A DNA stretch of 63,969 nt, counting the filler, from Stramenopiles sp. TOSAG23-3 (taxonomy: Eukaryota): NCBI GenBank assembly GCA_900128585.1. It is 5 parts of 5 records of this genome, joined end to end, with 100 filler letters (N's around TTAATTAATTAA, not from the genome) between each part and the next. Parts side by side here need not be neighbours in the genome. Positions count along the whole stretch, not along the records: positions 1 to 13,034 come from LT642648.1; 4 more parts are not named here. One strand, 5' to 3'. Under the pieces are notes generated by a model. It saw nothing but the letters and a program-made list of their open reading frames with translations. It ran no database searches and was not told the origin of the DNA. Positions 1 through 10,470 of this stretch are shown here, in pieces. Position numbers and translations under genes: made by a program. Every line of letters starts with the position of its first letter. Position 1 is the stretch's first letter.

Positions 1-50
1 CCCCCCCCCCCCCCCCCAACCCCCCACTTCTTTTTCCCGCTCTTAACTCT

Positions 51-977
51 TTACATTTCTATCGGCAGTGGCAGAGAGGCGTCCATGTTCCCCGTTTCCG
101 CCATGGCTAGCAGCTGTTTCAAATTGCTCCGTTGTGACATTCTGCTCATGTTGCTCATCCGGCTTGCGTTCGAACGCGCAGAGTTCATTTGAGGTGCCAT
201 GTACGATTGTGAGGTGACGGGTCGTGATCGTGCACTATCTATTGCTGCTACATTGCTCCCAGACTTCATCAATGTATTCAGCACCCGCTGGTACTTTCGC
301 AGGGCCTGCTCCGCTTGAACCCTGGCATTGCGCTCCCGCTGCAAATCCCTCATCGTTTCATCTCTAGACCTTTGCGCAATGTGCAACCCCCGCTTTAAAC
401 GATCTCGGCTCATCTTTTCCTTATCCAACGTCTTTTTCAGCGTGTTTACAATACCAAGGCCAGGAAGATCCTCGGCCCCCAAAACGCCGGAGCCGCCATG
501 GTGACGCGGGGGTCTGTTTAAGGCTGGAGAGGACATGGAGTTTCTCATGGCGTTCCTGCCAAACTTGCTCATCGGGCTGACGCGCGGGTTGATTTTCTTC
601 ATCCTGCGAAACTCGGCCCTTGTGTTAGCGACCCCTTGAAGGCGCCGCCGCTCCAAGTTCCGCCATTTTTCTCTTAGGGCGGTCTCCGAATGGGTTCGCA
701 AGGCCTCAAACTTGGGGTTGTTAAGGATGGTATCGAAGTTCCCTGCTCCATGAAGCCGGACCCCCTCTTTGAGCATTTGCAATTCTGGCCGACTCCACTT
801 GCGATCGGCCACCCCTGTGGTGTAGTCTGGAATCATTTGCACGGGCGCATCGTCCTGTAGTTCGTTGACTTCTTTCTCCACCCTTACTTTCCATAGCAGG
901 TCATGGTTCCACGCCGAATCAGCAGATGAGCCTTTGTAAAATTTTCCGCCAGCCCCTGGAGCCCCCCAATACGTCAT
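51..977 (-). CDS. Myb/SANT (TRF/telobox-like) domain protein with coiled coil
   Basis: 308-aa ATG ORF; KWSRPELQMLKEGVRLHGAGNFDTIL...LREKWRNL resembles a single Myb repeat; coiled-coil C-terminal half. Confidence 0.65.
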   Translation of the reverse strand: MTYWGAPGAGGKFYKGSSADSAWNHDLLWKVRVEKEVNELQDDAPVQMIPDYTTGVADRKWSRPELQMLKEGVRLHGAGNFDTILNNPKFEALRTHSETALREKWRNLERRRLQGVANTRAEFRRMKKINPRVSPMSKFGRNAMRNSMSSPALNRPPRHHGGSGVLGAEDLPGLGIVNTLKKTLDKEKMSRDRLKRGLHIAQRSRDETMRDLQRERNARVQAEQALRKYQRVLNTLMKSGSNVAAIDSARSRPVTSQSYMAPQMNSARSNASRMSNMSRMSQRSNLKQLLAMAETGNMDASLPLPIEM

Positions 978-2587
978 GGACTTCGATGTGAATGTACGGT
1001 GGTGTACTTTTTAATTACATACAGAAAATCGTGTTGACTTGTTTGTGCATAAAGATTAAATTGAATCGAATCAACTTTCCCTTCCCACGTTGATTTCTAA
1101 ACATTCTTGGTTTTCATTCATTTATCAATCGGTCCGATGGGTGGAACAATAGTTCTATAATATATAATGGAGCAAGAAAAAGTGCGCGAATGTATATATA
1201 ATTGGGGTGAGTAATGATGATGATGTACAAAAAAAAAAAATGTGATGAAGTAGTACCAAGGTATGAATCGGAGAAAGGACAGGGGGATAGTGTGCGAATC
1301 CATCTACAAATATTATTATTGTTTAATAGGTTTTTAGCAGGTGTTTAATAAGGAAATAACAAAATGATGATGAAGGAGTTGAGATAATTTAAAAAATAAG
1401 GTTTGAGTGTATCAAATAGATATTCAAAGTATTCATTAGATCTAATTTCATTATTAAATAAAACAATAATAAACAATAATTGCGTTTTTATTCCTCCCTT
1501 AATTAATGTGTTTCGCAATCGAAATGATTTTTAAAGCAATATTCGATTATTTATATAATGGTGTGTTTATATAAAATCCTTTATTTCATTTTATTCCCTT
1601 TATTTAACTAATAACGAATAAATTCATGAAATATTTGTTTAAATTAACTTTTAAAATAATATATAGAATTCTATCTTAATTATCATTAAATATCGGAATT
1701 GGTTGTGATTTATTCATGAACCAAAATTCGTCCCTCTTTATTGCCTTCACAATACAAGCAAATACAATTGCACTGATAATAAAATTTACAACATTACAGA
1801 TAAACTTCAAAACTATCCTTTAAATTTAACTTTATTACATAGTTCCAACAATGAATTTTGGAAGAAATTGGTAACGAACAAATCACAAAAATATAGGATA
1901 CATTGTCGTATTCTAACAGTATATAAAAAATACAAATTTAAATTATTTACCGTTGACCAATCACAACCTTCCATTGACTTGGATCATTCATACTTTATGA
2001 GGTATTCCTTATGCTATATACGTATACAGCATATCATACTAGATGATTTTTTATGCTCTCCCCAAATTGCATAGTAAATTAAGGATACAATATTATAAGG
2101 TTTGTACAATGTCAATTGTAGAAGTCATGTTAATACGGAATGTCTGCAGACGTATATAATCCTTTTCCCCTTAATGTGTCGATTCTTTTGCTTTTGTTAT
2201 CGTTTTTTTTAATTTAATTTTTTTCTTTTTTTCTACTCCCTGTTCTATTGTATTTGCCTTTTATTCCTACAGCATAGATGGTTTGACCGTTCAGTTTATA
2301 ATTATGATGTTGAGATTTGTGAATTATACATTACTATAGCATAGCATAGGGTGCAGTTAATAAACGAAGAGCTCCTTCTTCTTCTTCTGTTTGTAGACGG
2401 ATTTGATATATGTATACTGTAATGCAATTGCGGCTCCAATGAACTGTGCGGAGGGGGAAATGAAGATTACTGAACGCACATGGACAGAAATTGATCGAAG
2501 GAAGGAATTCACAACGATAGTTTGTTAGAACACATCGATCAACGTAAGATTCGAAACAGAAACGACAATCACAGGATTAACTCAACA

Positions 2588-3280
2588 ATGAAATTGTTCA
2601 CCGTCGCAGTTATTGCCACTACACTTTCTCTTGTCAGTGCTAGTTGCCCAAATCAATGCAGTGGGCACGGGAGCTGCGTAGCAGACCCAAAGGACTCGTG
2701 CGTTTGCTACACTCGTCTTGAAACGAACCACGAATACGCAACTGCCACCACCGTTGCCGCATGGACTGGTGCCGATTGCTCCTTGCGCACTTGCGCATCC
2801 GGGTACGCATGGGCCGCTGCGCCGCAAGATGATAACGACCACAAGCAAAAGTTGGAATGCTCCGGTAAAGGTAAATGCGACCGCAAGTCCGGCGAGTGCG
2901 AGTGCTTCCCAGGGTTCAACGGTGAAGGTTGCCGCCGCACCGCATGCCCAGGCGACTGCAACGGCCATGGTGTTTGCCAAAGTCTTGAGAAGTTCGCAAA
3001 AGACTACGTTCCATTTGACATATATGAGGATATTACTGCAGAATACGACAGTGCCTGGGATGCTAAGTACAGTTATGGTTGCAAGTGCGACGATGGCTTC
3101 CGTGGCCCAGACTGCAGCTTGATTGAATGCCCATCCACGTCTGACCCTCTTGAAGGTCACGGTAACACCATGGGGCGTGACTGCTCCGGACGTGGGAAGT
3201 GCGATTACAGTACTGGACTTTGCGAATGCTTCTCTGGATACTTTGGCGACCGTTGCCAAACGCAAACCACCCTTAACTAA
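2588..3280 (+). CDS. Secreted EGF-like repeat protein, tubular mastigoneme / SIG (sexually induced gene)-like family
   Basis: Signal peptide MKLFTVAVIATTLSLVSA, then CPNQCSGHGSC, WTGADCSLRTC, ECSGKGKCDRKSGECECFPGF, GPDCSLIECP, RDCSGRGKCDYSTGLCECFSGY; biased codon usage. Confidence 0.8.
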   Translation: MKLFTVAVIATTLSLVSASCPNQCSGHGSCVADPKDSCVCYTRLETNHEYATATTVAAWTGADCSLRTCASGYAWAAAPQDDNDHKQKLECSGKGKCDRKSGECECFPGFNGEGCRRTACPGDCNGHGVCQSLEKFAKDYVPFDIYEDITAEYDSAWDAKYSYGCKCDDGFRGPDCSLIECPSTSDPLEGHGNTMGRDCSGRGKCDYSTGLCECFSGYFGDRCQTQTTLN

Positions 3281-3945
3281 TTTTGATGATGGTGACTTTG
3301 AAGTTTACAGCGCAGTAATGTTAAGTTTGCTTCTTGTGCAAAAGGGGTCCGTGTAGCAGCAGTGGACGGAAAGATTCAAACACAGCGGAAGCGACCCGGT
3401 TTCGTGAGGGACTGATGGGAAAAGCCGGAATGAGCGCGCAGGTCTTTAAAAGTGAACTCTGAACGAGCGAAGTTTAAAAGATTTATAAGAGCAGAGAGTA
3501 AAGATTAATGTAGACGCTTTTTACACTACCCCTTTTTCAACACACACCTGTTTCAATTATTTACGAAGTGTTTTATTTGAAAAATTATATTATATATACC
3601 GAGATATGAGAGTAAATCGATCAAGAAAAAAGGAGCACAGGAAACAAATCGCAGTACAAGGAAAGGATGAACTGGAAATTTCAGCGCAGTAAGATAATGC
3701 ATTAATGGTATGATAGTATATCATTATTGATAGTTTTGTTAACTTATATATCTCATACATTTTTTTTGTATGGTGATATAAAACATCAAAAATAAAAGTT
3801 AAAATGATAACAGCGTATATTTTGGTTTTGATTAAACATTAAAATGAAGTTCCACTAATTACTGATTTACCCCACGAACCGTCACACCGAAGGCAAGCAG
3901 GCATTAGTTTTTGCAAAAGATAATTAAACACCTTGCGCGAAAGCT

Positions 3946-4251
3946 TCAAAGTTTTGAGCGCAACATTACCCCGCAAGCTGCGCCTACTGTTACGATGGCA
4001 GCGGCGGGCAAAGCCGACGCTGAGCATACAGCTGAAAGCGCTTGTAATGTTGCTGCGCCCCCCCCACTTGCAAGCGAAACATGGTAGGTGCCAACTCCGT
4101 TAACAACCAGCCCATACTTCCCCATGGCAAAGGGTACGAAACAATTGAAACCGTAACTTGCCAGCAGACTTGTTCCATATGCCGCCCCACCAGATACAAG
4201 CCCAGTTTTGCCTGCATCAATTATTTTTGATTTTTCAATGGTGGAAGCCAT
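3946..4251 (-). CDS. Small Gly/Ala-rich hydrophobic protein ending in SKL (possible PTS1)
   Basis: 101-aa ATG ORF in a GC-richer island between AT-rich spacers; C-terminus MLRSKL. Confidence 0.55.
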   Translation of the reverse strand: MASTIEKSKIIDAGKTGLVSGGAAYGTSLLASYGFNCFVPFAMGKYGLVVNGVGTYHVSLASGGGAATLQALSAVCSASALPAAAIVTVGAACGVMLRSKL

Positions 4252-4554
4252 TTGTGTAGTTTGATATCAGCGTCGTTGTTTCGGATTTAAACTACTACAA
4301 GAGGGGGGGGTTCTTTATATTTATCTCAAAGAGCACTTTAATCTTGAATTAAAAACAAATGTTTTTACGTGTCTTGTTCTAAAAGATACAAAATTAAATT
4401 ATTTTAAATACTTTTTATACACGAAAACTATTAATTTTTATTTAAAGCTCCTTTTAAATAATTTACATTTTTGTACTCGTAATACCGTGCCCGTAGCAGT
4501 GAAAAGGGATTGAGTATAGCACCTCCTAATATTTATCGTGGTTTGCGCGCCCCG

Positions 4555-6536
4555 TTAAGCGTTGTTGTTGCTCTCGTCGCTGCTGTCCGACGCCGTTTCA
4601 GCGCCGCTCTCGGCATTGCTTTTCTCCTCCCCAGACTCCTCGTCGTCCGTCTCATTAACAATTCCAAATTTGTCCCCTTCTTGCTTTCGGACTCTCGCCT
4701 TATCTTCCTTGTCATTATCTTGCAAGTCCAACTCATCCGGCAGGTACATTAAATCCATGTAGTAAAACGTTTTTTTGTTTGAACCACCGCTTTCTTCTTC
4801 GCCAGTCCAACTCTTCCTCGCAAATCCACAACCTTTCGTGATGCTGGAGCTGCCCAAAATGAACTGTGGGGTCGCACTCTCTGCAGTATTCTTTGTTCCC
4901 GCAGGCGGGGCATCGCATGATGGTAGTCAGCTTTCGCCCGCAGCAGTGGCACTGGTCCATTACGTTGTTGATCGGTGGGTCCCAAAGAGATGTCCCAGTC
5001 GACTGGCAAAAGTAATAGTTTGCCCCAGACGCCGAATCGGTGAGCTCCATCCACCCCCACTGGGCGTGGGCCGCCTTGAGCAACCCTATCAAGTCTACAG
5101 CATCCTTCTTCAGTTTGTAATTCATCAGGATCATATCGTCATTGAACCGGTCGTATTTAAGCCGCGTGGCCTTAACGATCTCGTCATACTTCTTCTGAAA
5201 GTACTTCTGGTACGCCACATCCTTAAGCCTTGCTTTCTCCTTTTTATTTACATACCCCCCTTGTCGCTGAAAGAGAATGATCTCGTTGTCAAGTAGGTCT
5301 ACGGCATACTTTTTTCCCACAGGTGTCTCAAAATATGCGTCCACAAATTCTTTTGTTGAGACTTTGACTTCTGCTTCAGCAATTTTTAAAGAATTTTCCT
5401 GGTTCATTACGTTTGCTGCCAAGGCCCTGGACAGTGCGGACACCAGCATTGTCTTCAGGTGTTTCTCAATTTCTTCCTCATCCTCGTTCTCTTCTTCGCC
5501 CTCTTTTTCATCCTTTTTGAGCGTGCCCGCGCTCGCCTGATCCTTGAAGTTTTTCAGCGCGCCCATGGCACGCTCCAGATCGACCAGCGCTTCCCGAAGC
5601 TCCGTCTCCGTCTCTGTCTCTTCGGCTTGCATGCGAACCATTTCATCGTGTTCTCTGGCTTTCCGCGCCCGCTCTTCCGCCGCCTTTTGTTCCGCAACTT
5701 CAGCATCCAGCTTGGCTTGCTCCTCTGCCGCTACTCTTTCCAGCTCGGCCTTTTCCGCACGTCTCTTCATGCGCTCGGAGAGCAAGATGGATTCGACAGT
5801 GACGCACGATCCGTAATGCTTTAGCCTGACTGCCCTCAATTCCTTCCAAAACGACGTCCCGTAGATGCCCTTTTGGAGCTTGTTTCGCAAGTCAAAGGCT
5901 GGCTGGAGAAGTTCAGGGTACGCTACGTTGTACGACACCATTTCGTCCAAAGAGACCTCTCCGTCACCGTCCGCATCTATGTTGTCTAGCGTCTTCTTTA
6001 GATCTCCTGTAATTTCGTCCAAACCCGTCAACATGCGGCACAGCGCGTCCAGCTCTGCCATGTCCAGCGTCCCCCCCTTGTCTACGTCAAAAATGTCAAA
6101 GCAGAACTTTATGAGGCTTTTGTCGTCAAAAGTGCAAAGGTTCCAAATCCCCAATAAAAATTCTTGAAAGTCCAGCTCTCCACTGCCGTCCAGATCAACA
6201 GCCATGAACACACGGTTGGAGAAGGGCGTCTCTGTTAGCTTGAAGAATTTATGAAATTCCTCAACCGTGACTTCCCCATCCCCTTTCTGGTCCAACGACA
6301 CAAAGTACTTGTAAATCTGGTAACCTTGCTTAGGTAGTAGGTGAAGCACTTGGTAGGTTTCCGCGAGGGAATCTCTCCACTCATCTATTTTTGGCAGCCA
6401 ATTAAAACGGTATGTTGTTGTGTTAGTATGTATGCAATCTGCCTAGAATGTTAATGTTACCCGACTTACCTTGGTAGTACTCGTACGGCGTCAAGCCGTC
6501 GATGTACACTTGTGCACTGGAGGCGCAAAGCCCCAT
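4555..6536 (-). CDS. N-acylated calcineurin-B-like EF-hand protein with coiled coil, WW domain and B-box-like zinc finger; exon 1 6536-6470, exon 2 from 6384; stop at 4733 as assembled, or at 4555 if the A7 run is corrected
   Basis: Spliced N-terminus MGLCASSAQ...YYQ-DEWRDSLAETYQVLHLL is in frame; EF loops DQKGDGEVTVEE, DLDGSGELDFQE, DVDKGGTLDMAE, DADGDGEVSLDE; WW WMELTDSASGANYYF...SLWDPP; Cys/His cluster CHCC...CPAC...CREC...H. Confidence 0.8.
6385..6469 (-). other. Spliceosomal intron (85 nt, GTAAGT...TACTAAC...TAG)
   Basis: Canonical donor, perfect TACTAAC branch point and TAG acceptor; removal joins exon 1 to the long ORF in frame. Confidence 0.85.
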
Positions 6537-7580
6537 ATGTTCAGGTGTTGTCCTAGAACAGTGTCCTGCCTCGCGTCGAACAGCTGGCTTTTCTTGTACA
6601 GAACGGGAAAGCCTCGAACGTGCACTCCAAACATTTTTTAAACAACTTGCGCCAACCAAGGGGAATCAACCACTTGAAACGCATACCCATCGTCCGTCCG
6701 TCCACCCGTCGACAAGTTGCTTCTTCGTCGCCGTACTGCTAATAAATAATAAGGACTACTCTCTCTGTAAAAACTACTATTAATTATATTAATACTCTGG
6801 CCTCACACCACCACCACCACCACTGCCTGTGTCGCTTCTCCAGCGTCTATGTTAGCAGTTAACCGATGAGAATCACCACCAATGCTATTTTCATATTAAA
6901 AAATCGATAATTCTATCATTCGCCAAGCAAGCAATCCGTCAAAAACGGAAAGAAGAAAGACAGAAGAAGCAAAACCCCATCCTTCCTATTTGAAATATAC
7001 ATTATCGTACTTATTAGTACAAATAGTATAGTAATATATATCATTGCCCCTCTTCATTTCTTCCCCGCACAACAAACTAATAACTTTTTTTAATAATTTA
7101 AGAACATTTTAGATCACAACAACATGTGACAGCAGGGCTCCATCAGACGATTAATATTATTTTGATAAAATAATACCTAATTCCTTCCTTCCTTCCTTCC
7201 TCCTGTCGTCGTCGTCGTTCCAAGGTATTATTTTGTTGTATTATAAATAAAACGACTAGAAGACTTCATTTTATTACTATTATAATTACCTGAGAGAGAT
7301 GACCACTTCTTCTATCTTAAATTAAAAAAAGTACTTGGAGGTACTACGGCCGGCGGTCCGGCGGTGTAGAGGTCTCGTGTCATCATCATGCGGAATTAAT
7401 TAATTCATTGATTGATTGGAAATGAAAAACGGTTCCATCCATTCTTGTGAAATTTAATTTTCACTTGTGCTCTTCCATTATTATACTGAAATACTATTAT
7501 TGCGTTGCTTTATTTTTCGAGAAGAAAAGGTTGTTAAGATTTTCGTGAACCAGCCAAGCACCTTGCAACCGACCAACAGC

Positions 7581-7961
7581 ATGCCAAAAAAGATAAAAGA
7601 TTCGGCCTGGGAGGTTTTTTCAAAAGCGACCACTAGGAGCGGAGAATGGGATAAAACGACGTTTCCGCGTTTGTTGGATGCTCTGTTTTGGCTTCGATTT
7701 ATAATTGCAATTGTAATTGGGACATCGTGGGCTATATTGGATATGCGCGGGCAGGCGGGCATAGTGGGATACGCGGTCGCTAGCTCCGTGCTCGTGTTTT
7801 TCTATTACTCGGTTTACCTGAAGGTCGACGTAGAGGACTACGGACAGTTCAACTTGATTTCGGAGGGCTTCATGCCGAGTTTTGGCCTGTTTCTTCTGGT
7901 ATGGTCTATCTTTCACAACGTTATACGCGTGAGCGACGAGGACATAAATTTGTACAACTAA
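7581..7961 (+). CDS. RAB5IF: Rab5-interacting family membrane protein (RAB5IF/OPTI, GEL complex)
   Basis: WDK...LLDALFWLRFIIAIVIGTSWAIL...YYSVYLKVDVEDYG...LISEGFMPSFGLFLLVWSIFH matches the family pattern; three hydrophobic segments. Confidence 0.8.
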   Translation: MPKKIKDSAWEVFSKATTRSGEWDKTTFPRLLDALFWLRFIIAIVIGTSWAILDMRGQAGIVGYAVASSVLVFFYYSVYLKVDVEDYGQFNLISEGFMPSFGLFLLVWSIFHNVIRVSDEDINLYN

Positions 7962-8160
7962 ATTTTGATGGAAATTTTCACTTAATTTTACGAAGATACA
8001 AGTCGTACACAAGCCAAGCTAAAGTATCATTATATCTATCTTAAAAGTTATTTTATCATCAGATATCATATTTTTTACAATTTTTTATTATAAAAAACAA
8101 CATTGTACATTGTACACTGATATGGTACGAATAAGGAATGTGGTGCGTACCTTTGTGCCC

Positions 8161-9771
8161 TCACTTCTTTAGCGAATAGCCGTAGCGCACCGGCGAGTTC
8201 GGCCCGCTCTCTCGTTTCTTCGACGTTAGGGGAAGCTGAAGCAGTGGCGTATTCACGGCCCTGGAATCACGGGCGGTGCACGACTGATCGTCCATCCACG
8301 AAACGAACGTGGAGTCAAACTCAGGGGAGCACTTGGAAAGGTACATGCGAAACGAAGTTTCTGGAATGTCTCTGGCCGCCAACTTTCGCCACCGTTCCCC
8401 TTCGTCTTTCCCCATCAAGTCGCCCTCGCTACACATTATTACAACGTTCTCTTCATCAGGGTGCTCGAATGAGTGCACGAAATTAAAGACCTTTTCAAGG
8501 TCGCTCAGGAGTTTGTCGAACCCTTTCATTTCGTTCCCAGCGTTGAACACGACGATGCTCTCCCTGCGGTGCTCGTCGCCGTCGTCGGCCGACGACGCTT
8601 GCCGCCGAAGCAGTTTCTTCAAGTTTCTCATAAACTTTGGGTCGGTCAGTGGTGGGGGGGTTCCATCTTCCGTGTATATGTCCACCATGATGGTGTCGTA
8701 TTTTTCTTCCTCCGCCTCCTCGGCAGCCAGTGACCCATGCTTGTCTTTTATGGCCTTGATCTGTCCCGAAATGAAGTCGCAGGCTTCGGCAGTGTACACG
8801 TTGACTTTGTCGTCGTCGTCGGAAGAAAGGTTGAAGACCTCTTTGGCGGCCCGAACGACGGCAGCAGACCAATCGACCGTGTCCACGGAAATATGGTCGT
8901 AGTGGTGCCGAAGAAATGCGGGGATAGAGCCTGCGCCTAGACCAAGTATCAGCGCCCGAGCAGGACCACCGTTGGCACTGGTCAACTGCCCAGAGACAGC
9001 CATGCCGCCCACTAGCGAGCGGGCGTACCACAAGATGATCGTCTCCCCGAGGGCAACGTCTGCGTCGACCTCAGACTCGATGAAGCCTTCCAGGTACCAC
9101 GTCCCAATGGTCATAAGGCGCCGTTTCGAGTCGAAACGTTGTATAACGGTAACGGCAGCGTTCCCCGCGATGTTGCACAGGTCGACAACGGGGACGAACT
9201 GGGCAGGGCAGTGAAACAGCACTTTCATGCGTGCGCGGGGTAACGGCCTTTTCTCCCCAGCGGGCGTTTCCCCCGCTTTCCGTTCGCCGAGCTTTCCCTC
9301 CCCGGCATCGTCTCCCGAGTCCTCCTCTTCGCTTTCTGCGTTGGCCAAGCCAGCCAACACCGGTAGCTCTTTTAAAATCTCGCTTTCTGCGCTGTCCGAA
9401 AAGGGATCCCCGTCGTTTTCGTCAATTTCCGTGTAACGGTTGTGAAGGCACCATATCGTGCTCTCGGCCTGCTCGTACAAGTCCTCGTCTTTCCCATCCT
9501 CCCCATCCTGCAGCATTTTAATCAAGGCGATGTGGACGTCCGACACAATGGACGAGTGCAAACTCGAAAGGTCCGTGCACAGCGATCGCACTGCACGACA
9601 GCTCTGCAATCGCTTTGTTGTATCTCTTGACGACATCCCGGCGACTATGGTGCAAATGCTACATGCCCGCCACCGTTGGCAAGTCGCGCCAGCGTGGAAG
9701 GCGTCGACCAGGGGCAACCATGCTATAATTTTCCGTACAAATCCCGACGGCAACGCTTTTCTATCACTCAT
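8161..9771 (-). CDS. F-box-like protein fused to a spermidine-synthase-like / METTL13 C-terminal-like SAM methyltransferase domain
   Basis: N-terminal LPSGFVRKIIAWLP...ATCQRWR (F-box-like); RALILGLGAGSIPAFL, DTVDWSAAVVRAAKEVF, KYDTIMVDIY (class I MTase motifs); start could be 9795. Confidence 0.65.
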   Translation of the reverse strand: MSDRKALPSGFVRKIIAWLPLVDAFHAGATCQRWRACSICTIVAGMSSRDTTKRLQSCRAVRSLCTDLSSLHSSIVSDVHIALIKMLQDGEDGKDEDLYEQAESTIWCLHNRYTEIDENDGDPFSDSAESEILKELPVLAGLANAESEEEDSGDDAGEGKLGERKAGETPAGEKRPLPRARMKVLFHCPAQFVPVVDLCNIAGNAAVTVIQRFDSKRRLMTIGTWYLEGFIESEVDADVALGETIILWYARSLVGGMAVSGQLTSANGGPARALILGLGAGSIPAFLRHHYDHISVDTVDWSAAVVRAAKEVFNLSSDDDDKVNVYTAEACDFISGQIKAIKDKHGSLAAEEAEEEKYDTIMVDIYTEDGTPPPLTDPKFMRNLKKLLRRQASSADDGDEHRRESIVVFNAGNEMKGFDKLLSDLEKVFNFVHSFEHPDEENVVIMCSEGDLMGKDEGERWRKLAARDIPETSFRMYLSKCSPEFDSTFVSWMDDQSCTARDSRAVNTPLLQLPLTSKKRESGPNSPVRYGYSLKK

Positions 9772-10470
9772 GTTTTCAATCTTTTTTTTGTTCATAATGA
9801 AAGATAAAATCTGCCTCCGAAAAAAGAAAGCAACAGTTTTTATCTCCTTCATCCCCCCACCATTTCCTTTCTTTCTTCCCTTTTTAATGTTTATAATTTG
9901 ATAAGAAGAACTATACTAAATAATACCGTAATAATTATTTTTTTAATAAAAAATATTATAACGAACTCTATAACCAATTTTATTTTCACTACTACTAGAT
10001 TAGACTATTATATCATTTAAATAATAATAGATGATATTTAATACGCATTATTTATTATATAAGAAATTATTACAAGTACAAAAAACATTGAATTTTAAAG
10101 ACTTCCTAAATAAAATAATAGTATAGAGAAAAAGAATTTAAAAATTGGCATAATAACAGGTCATTAGCATGTCGTCGTCCAATTGTCTTCTTTGTCTCTC
10201 AAAAGTTTAAATTTGTCTCTCCTCAAAAGTTTATAGAATAATTATATATTTTAGGAGTTGTTGAGGGGAGTAAAGTTCTTCAATTAAAATACTTTTATGA
10301 TCCCACCACAACTCACAAGCAACACAAAGGAGAGTGAGGAAAGAGTGGAGAAGAGATGTGAAAGAAAAATGCCACATCATCATCCTCACCCGTCGTAAAT
10401 TATCCTTCCACCTTTTACCCCAAAAGAGACCAATCCCTCTCTCTCCTCTTGCAGAGACATGGTATCTTCA

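Noticed and set aside
3283-3465. Possible C/D snoRNA or SECIS in the GC-richer 3' flank of the mastigoneme gene
   Set aside because: TGATGA and CTGA boxes are present but spacing and terminal stem are unconvincing; no in-frame TGA upstream.
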